From Clostridia bacterium (GTDB taxonomy: Bacteria; Bacillota; Clostridia; Caldicoprobacterales; DTU083): 24,000 bases of DNA. The DNA lies in the NCBI GenBank assembly GCA_028696065.1, contig JAQVHT010000007.1, positions 20,105 through 44,104 of the forward strand, written 5' to 3'. Position 1 is the stretch's first letter. Each line of letters begins with the position of its first letter. Of the stretch, positions 7,968 to 16,148 are shown piece by piece. Made by a program: the position numbers and the translations under genes. A model generated the notes under the pieces. The model was not told where the DNA came from. It ran no database searches and saw only the letters and a list, made by a program, of their open reading frames with translations.

Positions 7968-9683
7968 CTATTTGGCTATATTTGCACTCTCAATTAAATC
8001 CCTTGCATGTCCTAGGCTTAGGTCTGTAATTTTTACCCCACCTAGCATACGGGCTATAGTTCTTATCCTTTCTTCATAAGTTAGCTCAGTTACCTGTGTA
8101 TTGGTTTGCTCCTTCTTGACCACTTTGTGAATTTCAAAATGCCTGTCTGCCATAGAAGCAATTTGAGGTAAGTGGGTCACTGTTATAACTTGATGCTGTT
8201 TAGAAATCTTGCCTATTTTTTCAGCTACTTTCTGAGCTGTATGCCCGCTTATACCTACATCTATTTCATCAAAAATCATAGTTGGTACCTGGTCCTTGTC
8301 ACCTAAAATAGTCTTTAGTGCTAGCATTACTCTTGACATTTCACCGCCAGATATTATTTTAGCAAGAGGCTTTAGAGGTTCACCAGGATTTGCAGATATG
8401 AGAAATTCTACTGTATCGTAACCATTCTCAGTTATATATAAATTTGACTGATCACTATCTAAATCTGCTTCTTGTACTAAAACACTAAATCTAGCCTCAT
8501 TCATATTTAGGTCTTTAAGTTGCTTTACTAAACCCTTTTCAAGCTTTTTGGCATATTGTCTCCTAATATTTGATATCTTCTTGCACTGAGTTAGGACCTC
8601 TGTATAGACCCTATTACATTCACTTTCTAGTTTTTCTAATTTTGATTGACTATCTTCTAGCATTTGATACTCTGCTTCTAGTTTGTCTTTAAAGTCTAGA
8701 ATCTCTCTTATTGAGTTTCCGTATTTTCTTTTTAAGTTTTTAATCTGTTGTAATCTTTCTTCTATTTCTTCGATTCTAGAGGGTTCATGGTTTAAGTTGT
8801 CCTTATAGTCACGTAGCATTATTGTGACATCTTCAAGAGTGAATTGCATATTATTCAGCTGCATGACAATGTCTTCTAGAGACTTGTCTATTTCCTTAGC
8901 AGTTTCTAGTTGCTTAATGACTTCGGCTAGTTTATCCATAATTGATGGATTATCCATACTACCTGTATATAAATTTTGGTATGCACAGTTTGTAGAATTG
9001 ATTACTTTCTCGGCATTCAAAAGAAGATTTAGTTCATTTTTTAAGTTTTCTTCTTCATCAAGTGCTAGATTGGCCTCGCTTATCTCATTTATTTGATATA
9101 GGAGCAGATCCATCTGCCTTACACCATCTTTGTTTATACCCTTTATCCTCTTTATTTCTTTCTCAATCTTTTTCCACTCATGATACTTTTCTTTAAGAAG
9201 GGACTTTTCCTTATCCAATTCATTCTTACCAAATTGGTCTATAAAATCTATATGGGATTCTGTATTGAGGAGGTACTGATGCTGGTGCTGTCCATGAACA
9301 TCTACAAGATGCTTGGTTAATTCTCTTAACATAGTTAGAGTAACTGTTCTACCATTAACCCTACATAGGTTCTTACCCTGAACTGTAAGCTCACGGACAA
9401 GCAATAGGCTACCATCTGGCTCACTTGTAATGCCAAACTCTTCTAAAATTTTATTGACCGGTGACTTACTAGCTATAGTAAATAAAAGTTCTACCCTTGC
9501 ATAATCTTTGCCACTTTGTATAAGGTCACGGTCTGCCCTCTCTCCTAAGGCTAAATTAACAGAGTCTATTATAATTGATTTACCCGCTCCTGTTTCTCCT
9601 GTTAAGACATTGAATCCTTTATGAAAGTCGATACTTAATTCATCTATTAGTGCAATGTTTTTGATCAAGATTTGACTAATCAT
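7968..9683 (-). CDS. recN: DNA repair protein RecN
   Basis: MISQILIKNIALIDELSIDFHKGFNVLTGETGAGKSIIIDSVNLALG (Walker A), VDVHGQHQHQYLL, ISGGEMSRVMLALKTIL, MIFDEIDVGISG. Confidence 0.97.
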   Translation of the reverse strand: MISQILIKNIALIDELSIDFHKGFNVLTGETGAGKSIIIDSVNLALGERADRDLIQSGKDYARVELLFTIASKSPVNKILEEFGITSEPDGSLLLVRELTVQGKNLCRVNGRTVTLTMLRELTKHLVDVHGQHQHQYLLNTESHIDFIDQFGKNELDKEKSLLKEKYHEWKKIEKEIKRIKGINKDGVRQMDLLLYQINEISEANLALDEEENLKNELNLLLNAEKVINSTNCAYQNLYTGSMDNPSIMDKLAEVIKQLETAKEIDKSLEDIVMQLNNMQFTLEDVTIMLRDYKDNLNHEPSRIEEIEERLQQIKNLKRKYGNSIREILDFKDKLEAEYQMLEDSQSKLEKLESECNRVYTEVLTQCKKISNIRRQYAKKLEKGLVKQLKDLNMNEARFSVLVQEADLDSDQSNLYITENGYDTVEFLISANPGEPLKPLAKIISGGEMSRVMLALKTILGDKDQVPTMIFDEIDVGISGHTAQKVAEKIGKISKQHQVITVTHLPQIASMADRHFEIHKVVKKEQTNTQVTELTYEERIRTIARMLGGVKITDLSLGHARDLIESANIAK

Positions 9684-9701
9684 ATGATCCCCCTATAAGA
9701 T

Positions 9702-10151
9702 TTATCCTCGCATGTTGTTAAAACGCTTCATTACAGATTCGACCATGTTGTTGTCCCTTAATACTACTAAGATTGTATCATCTCCAGCTATACAACCGAT
9801 AATCTCACTCCAGTTTAGGGCATCAATTGCAGAAGCTGCTGCTTGAGCCCCTGCTACAATAGTTTTTATTACGATAAGATTATTTGCATGTTCTATCGAT
9901 AGTACAGATTCAGAAAAGACCCTATTTAGTCTTTCAGATATAGATTTATCTGTATGGTTCATGGAGGTGTATTTTTGCACCCCATTAGGTGAAAGAACCT
10001 TTACTAGTCTCAGTTCTTTTATATCCCTCGATACCGTAGCCTGTGTTATTTTCATACCGGTCTTGCGTAACTCATTAGCCAATTCCTCTTGGGTTTCTAT
10101 ATCTTTTTCCTCAATAATTTTAAGAATCTGTGCATGCCTCTTAAACTTCAT
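9702..10151 (-). CDS. argR: Arginine repressor ArgR/AhrC
   Basis: N-terminal winged helix (ITQATVSRDIKELRLVKV) and C-terminal oligomerisation domain (IGCIAGDDTILVV). Confidence 0.95.
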   Translation of the reverse strand: MKFKRHAQILKIIEEKDIETQEELANELRKTGMKITQATVSRDIKELRLVKVLSPNGVQKYTSMNHTDKSISERLNRVFSESVLSIEHANNLIVIKTIVAGAQAAASAIDALNWSEIIGCIAGDDTILVVLRDNNMVESVMKRFNNMRG

Positions 10152-10170
10152 ATAGATACCTTCTTCCTAA

Positions 10171-11028
10171 TCAATTGTTTGGTCGCTCTGAAAGTTTGTT
10201 ACGTAACAGGGTATAAAAACCCCTATTATTTAGCTTAATTAGCTTGGTAACACAAGGTGCCTTACTTATAGATACTGTATCCATATAGGCGAGTTCTTCG
10301 CCATCTTGGCCATCAACAGTAATTAGGACATCTGAGCTTTTATCCTTGTTTACTATGTCTATCTTTGAGCTGTTAGCAGTAACAATTGGTCTTGAGCTCA
10401 GTGTATGAGGACATATTGGTGTCATCAGTAAGCATTCCATTTCAGGGTCAATAACAGGTCCCCCAGCTGATAGAGAATAGGCGGTTGAACCAGTAGGACT
10501 CGATACTAAAAGACCATCTGCAGAATAATGATTTACCATTATATCATTAATATAGGCAGTAAGCTGGATTATACGTGAGAATGAACCCTTGGCGACAGCA
10601 ATATCATTTAAGGCTAAGTAGTGGCTTATCACTTTTCCCTGCCTTTTTAGCTTGGCCTCTAGCATCATCCGCTCTTCTATAATATAGCTACCATCTATTA
10701 ATGACTCTAGGGTCTTTTCAAAGTCAGCTATTTCAGCTTCGGCTAGATAGCCCATCCTACCTAGGTTAATGCCTAAAATGGGCTTTCCGTTAATAGCGGC
10801 TTTTCTAGCAGTTTGGAGTATCGTACCATCTCCACCTAATACCAGTATCAAGTCAGATTGCTTATAGAATTCTTCATCAGTGCATACAATACCTTTTTTT
10901 ATTAGCTTATATAGGGGTGATGATAAGTACACATGTAAGGAATGCTTTTCTATAGAATTTACAATTTCAAGTGTTTTGCTCCCATCTGTGTCCTTAGTTA
11001 TATTTGATATGAGTCCTATTTTACGCAT
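10171..11028 (-). CDS. nadK: NAD kinase
   Basis: ILVLGGDGTILQTAR, ILGINLGRMGYLAE, SADGLLVSSPTGSTAYSLSAGGPVI motifs. Confidence 0.96.
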   Translation of the reverse strand: MRKIGLISNITKDTDGSKTLEIVNSIEKHSLHVYLSSPLYKLIKKGIVCTDEEFYKQSDLILVLGGDGTILQTARKAAINGKPILGINLGRMGYLAEAEIADFEKTLESLIDGSYIIEERMMLEAKLKRQGKVISHYLALNDIAVAKGSFSRIIQLTAYINDIMVNHYSADGLLVSSPTGSTAYSLSAGGPVIDPEMECLLMTPICPHTLSSRPIVTANSSKIDIVNKDKSSDVLITVDGQDGEELAYMDTVSISKAPCVTKLIKLNNRGFYTLLRNKLSERPNN

Positions 11029-11037
11029 ATATTCACC

Positions 11038-11853
11038 TTACCTTAGTAAACTATGGGCCTTTTTTACGGTTTCATTAACTTTACCGTCTGTTATTATATG
11101 GTCTTCTAGATTGCCCTTGTATAAGTGAAGGAGAAACTCTATGTTCCCCTCTGGTCCGGTAATTGGGGAAAAATCAAGATTTACAGGTGTTAGCCCCATA
11201 CTTTCTGCAAAGGTTAGCATGGATATTAAAACTTCTATATGTAGGTTTTCATCTCTTACAACACCTTTTTTACCTACCTTTCCCTTGCCCACCTCGAACT
11301 GTGGTTTTACAAGGGCAATAATATTAGCCTTATTTCTAATTATATCCTTTATAACTGGTAATACAAGCTTTAAGGATATAAAGGATACATCTATGACTGC
11401 ACCATCTATAGGATCCTTTATTTGTGCTTTATTTAAATTGCGAATATTGGTCCTTTCCATAACTATAACTCTTTTATCCTGCCTAAGCTCCCAGGCAAGC
11501 TGTCCATATCCAACATCTATAGCATAAACCTTTTCTGCACCATTTTTTAGTAGACAATCAGTAAAGCCTCCGGTAGAAGCTCCAATGTCAAGAAAGTTGA
11601 GTCCCTTTACTGGAAAGTCAAATAAATCTAAGGCCTTTTCTAGCTTTAAACCCCCTCTGCTTACATATGGGTTGGGATTGCCCTTTATTTCTATAGCCAG
11701 GTCTGTATCTATTCTAGTACCTGGTTTATCAATCCTCTGCTCGTTTACAAAAACCAGGCCTGCCATTATCATCTTCTTGGCTTTTTCTCTTGTGGCTGCT
11801 AAATTTTTATCTACAAGAACTACATCAAGGCGTTCTTTTTTTGAACCCTTCAT
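11038..11853 (-). CDS. tlyA: TlyA-family rRNA methyltransferase / hemolysin-like; start likely MKGSKKERLD at 11853 (track ORF extends to 11898)
   Basis: S4 domain (ERLDVVLVDKNLAATREKAKKMIMAGLVFVNEQRI) plus FtsJ-like methyltransferase (FLDIGASTGGFTDCLLKNGAEKVYAIDVGYGQLAWELRQD). GGGAG RBS upstream of 11853. Confidence 0.92.
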   Translation of the reverse strand: MKGSKKERLDVVLVDKNLAATREKAKKMIMAGLVFVNEQRIDKPGTRIDTDLAIEIKGNPNPYVSRGGLKLEKALDLFDFPVKGLNFLDIGASTGGFTDCLLKNGAEKVYAIDVGYGQLAWELRQDKRVIVMERTNIRNLNKAQIKDPIDGAVIDVSFISLKLVLPVIKDIIRNKANIIALVKPQFEVGKGKVGKKGVVRDENLHIEVLISMLTFAESMGLTPVNLDFSPITGPEGNIEFLLHLYKGNLEDHIITDGKVNETVKKAHSLLR

Positions 11854-13735
11854 ACAGGCTCTCCCTTCTTCTTTCATCAAAAACAGAGTAAATATCACTA
11901 GCTATGCTATCTGGATCAAGCTTTAAGTTAAGTCTTAACTCTGCTACAGATCCATGTTCTATAAAAATATCAGGTATTCCATAGTTTATTACCTGTATTC
12001 CTAGTTGATTTGACATCACATAATTATTAATACTAGAACCAAAGCCACCTGTTATTACATTGTCCTCGATAGTGACCCAAAGAGAAGATTTATTTTTTAG
12101 TATATTTAGCATGGTTAAATCAAGGGGTTTAATTACTCGTGCATTTACAAGGCAAGCCTTGATATTATGATTTAACAATAGGTTTCTAACTGCAAGACCT
12201 GTTTCTAGCATAGGACCTATTGCTAAAATAACTAGGTCATATCCTTCTTTGATAATCTCCCAATCTAAGTTAACTATTGGCTTATTGGGTAAATCCTCAA
12301 TAAGGCCTCCCTGCCCCTTTGGATATCGGATTACAGTTGGACCATCTAATGATAATGAATATTCAAGCATACTAGCAAGCTCAAATGTATTCTTAGGTGC
12401 CATTAGGGTAATGTTTGGTATCTGTTGTAGGTAGCTTATATCAAATACCCCTTGGTGGGTCTCGCCATCCTCACCTGTTAAACCTGCCCTATCAACAGCA
12501 AATACCACGGGTAAGTTTTGCTGGCATACGTCATGCAGGATTTGATCATATGCCCTTTGTAGAAAGGTTGAGTATATGGCTACAACTGGCCTTAAGCCAT
12601 TGATAGCTAGGCCGGCGGCCATTGTTACTGCATGTTGCTCTGCAATTCCAACATCAAAAAAACGATTGGGGTATTTTTTCTTAAACTCGCTTAGGCCAGT
12701 TCCATCTGGCATAGCTGCACTTATAGCTACTATTTTGGGATTATCCTTAGCGAGGCTCAATAGTTTACTACCAAATGCTGATGAATAGGTAATCACAGGA
12801 TTTGTCTCAGGTTGGCAACCAAAGTCTAAATCAAAGGGTGCAACTCCATGGTATTGCTCAGGATTTTCTTCTGAATAATCGTAACCCTTTCCCTTGGTAG
12901 TTAATACATGTATAAAAACAGGACCCTCTAGCTTCTTTGCTTGCCTTAGGGTGGTTGTTAAACTCTTTATATCGTGACCATTTACCGGCCCTATATAAGT
13001 AAAGCCCATCTCTTCAAAAATAATGCCAGGTAAAAATAGGTATTTAAAAGAGTTTTTTAATTTCTCTATCATTTTAGAAATGTGCTTGCCTATTAAGGGG
13101 ACTCCAGAGAGTATGGATGCAACCTGTCTTTTAAACACTCTATACCTAGGGTTTGATCTTATTCTTGTCAAGTGCTTTGAAAGAGCGCCGACATTTTCCG
13201 ATATGGACATATTATTGTCATTTAGTATGACAGTAATATTTGTCTCAGAATGTCCTACATCATTCATTGCCTCAAAAGCCATACCACCAGTTAAGGCGCC
13301 ATCACCAATTACTGCTATAACATGAGAATTTTCATTCTTTAAATCTCTAGCACGGGCCATACCTATGGCAGCAGAAATTGATGTACTACTATGTCCAGTT
13401 TCAAATACATCATGGACACTTTCCTTTCTTTTAGGAAAGCCGCTAAGGCCCCCATATGAACGCAAGGTATGGAAGCTATCTTTTCTGTTGGTTAGTATCT
13501 TGTGAACATAGGATTGATGGCCAACATCCCATATTATTTTATCTTTTGGACTATTATATATGTAATGGAGGGCAATTGTTAACTCAACAACCCCAAGATT
13601 TGAAGCAAGGTGTCCTCCTGTAATAGATACGTATTTTAAAATAAAGTTTCGAATTTCTTCTGCTAATATATCAAGCTTGTCATGGTCCAACTCTTTTAGG
13701 TCTTTTGGATCATTTATCTGATCAAGCAACTTCAT
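11825..13735 (-). CDS. dxs: 1-deoxy-D-xylulose-5-phosphate synthase
   Basis: DVGHQSYVHKILT, GHSSTSISAAIGMARARD, VIGDGALTGGMAFEAMND, DRAGLTGEDGETHQGVFD. Confidence 0.98.
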   Translation of the reverse strand: MKLLDQINDPKDLKELDHDKLDILAEEIRNFILKYVSITGGHLASNLGVVELTIALHYIYNSPKDKIIWDVGHQSYVHKILTNRKDSFHTLRSYGGLSGFPKRKESVHDVFETGHSSTSISAAIGMARARDLKNENSHVIAVIGDGALTGGMAFEAMNDVGHSETNITVILNDNNMSISENVGALSKHLTRIRSNPRYRVFKRQVASILSGVPLIGKHISKMIEKLKNSFKYLFLPGIIFEEMGFTYIGPVNGHDIKSLTTTLRQAKKLEGPVFIHVLTTKGKGYDYSEENPEQYHGVAPFDLDFGCQPETNPVITYSSAFGSKLLSLAKDNPKIVAISAAMPDGTGLSEFKKKYPNRFFDVGIAEQHAVTMAAGLAINGLRPVVAIYSTFLQRAYDQILHDVCQQNLPVVFAVDRAGLTGEDGETHQGVFDISYLQQIPNITLMAPKNTFELASMLEYSLSLDGPTVIRYPKGQGGLIEDLPNKPIVNLDWEIIKEGYDLVILAIGPMLETGLAVRNLLLNHNIKACLVNARVIKPLDLTMLNILKNKSSLWVTIEDNVITGGFGSSINNYVMSNQLGIQVINYGIPDIFIEHGSVAELRLNLKLDPDSIASDIYSVFDERRRESLYEGFKKRTP

Positions 13736-13768
13736 ATTCTGTGTCTCCTTTAGCTTCTTTAGCAGTGG

Positions 13769-14344
13769 CTATTTCAGTTCGCCTCTTAATAAAGAAATTA
13801 AATACCCTACATAGTACACAATATTCTGGCTTTGCCGTATTGCTAAGGATTTTCCTAGTGCCTTTCCCCCTACAGTAAAGGCTGCAATTAGGCTACTTAC
13901 TAGTATTGCAAACATTGTAGGGTTCCATCTAATAGTATTAGAGCTCAGTCTCATTATGAGTATACTACCTGCAGACCCACTTATTATACTGCATATATCA
14001 CCTACTACGTCATTACAAAAACTCGATACCTGATCTGCCTTTCTAATCAATCTAACAGCGTTTATTGCCCCTCGCTTCTTTTTTGAAGCCATTGATAAAA
14101 AGGGAACCTCAGAAGCAGCTGTTACTGCTATACCTATTATATCAAATACAACTCCTATTATTATAATAACAATTAGGGTAACTAGTGATGTTGTAATGCT
14201 AAAGCCTTCCATTAATGAGCTAGAACCCAAGCTTAGAAAGCTTGCAATAAAAAAAGTAAGTATGAAAACCTTAAGAGGCCAGTATTTTCTGTGATTAGCC
14301 TTTTTGTCAGTATTTTTTTGCTTCTTTTTGTCCTGTTTAGTCAA
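13769..14344 (-). CDS. oapA: OLE-associated protein OapA-like multi-TM membrane protein; TTG start
   Basis: 191 aa with a lysine-rich N-terminus and about four hydrophobic segments. Encoded immediately 3' of the large non-coding RNA candidate and before dxs, the known position of oapA. GGAGAG RBS 9 nt before the TTG. Confidence 0.82.
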   Translation of the reverse strand: MTKQDKKKQKNTDKKANHRKYWPLKVFILTFFIASFLSLGSSSLMEGFSITTSLVTLIVIIIIGVVFDIIGIAVTAASEVPFLSMASKKKRGAINAVRLIRKADQVSSFCNDVVGDICSIISGSAGSILIMRLSSNTIRWNPTMFAILVSSLIAAFTVGGKALGKSLAIRQSQNIVYYVGYLISLLRGELK

Positions 14345-14370
14345 ATTGCACTACTCTCCATATAAATATT

Positions 14371-14940
14371 TCCGATGACAATATGCTGAGTAAACTTTGC
14401 GGCTTAGGTCCAGTAGGTTTTCCCGATAAACTGCCCCTCGTCGCCGACGGGGTGGTTTCCCTTTAAAGTCTAACTTACTGTATCGCTAGCAGTAAAACTG
14501 GATCACCACTTAGTCCACACTGTAATCCTCAGCATACTATACCAGTCTAGGAGATTTCCTCAACAGTCATACCAAATTCTATCCTCTTTTGCAGGAAAGG
14601 TTTCAAACAACAATAGCAAACCGATAATGGATCCCTTACCCTTTTGCTCGATTTGTAATCCGCTCTCCCCCACTCAAGGCAGGCTACACTGTACACAGCT
14701 ATTAACCGCAATACAGGTTTAATCCCAAGTAGTAGTAGCTAACCACCTGCTTGGGTCTCCACGGAAGCTGGGTCAACGCCCGCATGCCATTGCGGATCGC
14801 CCTTCTTCCTTAACTCCCAGCACCGACTCCCGACTGGGCGTCAGGGGCCAGCACCAGAAACTTCATCGATATGCCCTTTAACGGATTTTTAGCCCCGTCT
14901 TCAAACTTGGTTGTACTGACTAGAATACTGTAGCATCGGA
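14371..14940 (-). ncRNA. ole: OLE RNA (ornate, large, extremophilic), ~570 nt
   Basis: No six-frame ORF reported in 14345-14999, and local GC is higher than flanking intergenic DNA. Near-consensus sigma-A promoter places the start at ~14940. The 5' end TCCGATG-CT-ACAGTAT (14940-14925) pairs with ATATTGT-CATCGGA (14384-14371). Several internal hairpins. Gene order nusB-folD-xseA-xseB-ispA-[RNA]-oapA-dxs-tlyA-argR-recN matches the described OLE locus. Confidence 0.92.
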
Positions 14941-14946
14941 GAAACT

Positions 14947-14975
14947 ATTATATCATAAATGAAAATACCTTTCAA
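14947..14975 (-). promoter_or_regulatory. Sigma-A promoter of OLE RNA / oapA
   Basis: TTGAAA (14975-14970), 17-nt spacer, TATAAT (14952-14947). Predicted start ~14940 coincides with the 5' arm of the terminal helix. Confidence 0.85.
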
Positions 14976-14999
14976 TTTGTAGTATTTAGATAATTTTAC

Positions 15000-15893
15000 T
15001 TAGCTGGTTCTATCAACAATCATATGGGCCATCTGCATTAGAAAGCTTGATTTATTACCAAAGCAGTCAATACTTGAAACTGCCTCATCTATAAGGTCTC
15101 TAGCCATTTTCTTTGATGCCTCTAGGCCAAACCTATCAGGATAGGTTTTCTTACCCATAAGGGCATCACTGCCTGGTTCTTTGCCAATATTTGACCTACT
15201 TCCTGTAACATCGAGGATATCGTCTGTAATTTGAAAGGCTAGCCCAATTGATTCTCCGTAAGACAAAATAGCCTGAATCTGACTCTTGTCATCGGTATTA
15301 AGCAAGACTCCAGCATGTAGGGAGGCTTTTATAAGGGCACCTGTTTTGTGCCTATGAATATATTCTAAGCTATCAAATGATATATCCTTATTACTTTCGT
15401 TATTGACATCTACAACCTGACCTCCTACCATACCTGACATGCCTGCTGCCTTAGCAATAACAGTCATTGCCTTTAAATACCTATATCCTTGTTCAGCTTC
15501 AACTGGTAGGTTTTCTAGCATGGTTTCATAGGCTAGGTTTAGTAGGGCATCTCCTGTTAAGATAGCCATAGCCTCTCCAAATTTCTTATGGCTTGTTAGT
15601 TTTCCACGACGATAATCGTCATTGTCCATAGCTGGTAGATCATCATGAATTAAGGAATATGTATGTATCATTTCAACTGCACATGCCATAGCCATTGTGT
15701 GCTCATTAACAGGCCCGAATAAATCATTAGCAGCTAATAAAAGAATTGGTCTTAACCTCTTTCCTCCTGCTAACAGACTGTATCTGATTGACTCTAGTAG
15801 GTCCTTTGGACAATCATTACAGTTACTTGTAAGTGCTTGAAGTTTTGAATCAATTATCTCTTTTTTCCTTTGGTAGTCCGCTTTAAAGCTCAT
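15000..15893 (-). CDS. ispA: Farnesyl diphosphate / polyprenyl synthase
   Basis: GGKRLRPILLLAA, EMIHTYSLIHDDLPAMDNDDYRRGKLTSHKKFGEAMAILTGDALL, ITDDILDVTG (both aspartate-rich motifs). Confidence 0.96.
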   Translation of the reverse strand: MSFKADYQRKKEIIDSKLQALTSNCNDCPKDLLESIRYSLLAGGKRLRPILLLAANDLFGPVNEHTMAMACAVEMIHTYSLIHDDLPAMDNDDYRRGKLTSHKKFGEAMAILTGDALLNLAYETMLENLPVEAEQGYRYLKAMTVIAKAAGMSGMVGGQVVDVNNESNKDISFDSLEYIHRHKTGALIKASLHAGVLLNTDDKSQIQAILSYGESIGLAFQITDDILDVTGSRSNIGKEPGSDALMGKKTYPDRFGLEASKKMARDLIDEAVSSIDCFGNKSSFLMQMAHMIVDRTS

Positions 15894-16148
15894 TTATGGT
15901 AGCTCCTTGCTATTTATATCAAAGTCTATTTCTAATAACTTATCATCACTATCCTTGTATAACTGTTTAACAACACCCTGAGCATGAGTAAGTTTTTCAT
16001 TACAAACTTGTGTCAGGCTTATACCCCTTTTAAATAAGTCAAGAGCCTTTTCAAGGGGAATATCTCCTGCTTCTAGGCTAGATACTATTTGCTCTAGCTC
16101 TCTTATGGCCTGCTCAAAGGACAGATCTTCATTTGTCTTTCCACCCAT
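15894..16148 (-). CDS. xseB: Exodeoxyribonuclease VII small subunit; start likely at 16148 (MGGKTNED...), track ORF extends to 16175
   Basis: LSFEQAIRELEQIVSSLEAGDIPLEKALDLFKRGISLTQVCNEKL, adjacent to xseA. Confidence 0.93.
   Translation of the reverse strand: MGGKTNEDLSFEQAIRELEQIVSSLEAGDIPLEKALDLFKRGISLTQVCNEKLTHAQGVVKQLYKDSDDKLLEIDFDINSKELP

Noticed and set aside
14345-14999. Considered a degraded gene, transposon remnant or T-box/rRNA fragment for the ORF-free region
   Set aside because: The dedicated promoter, complementary ends, synteny with ispA/oapA/dxs and lack of transposase or rRNA-like segments fit OLE RNA much better.
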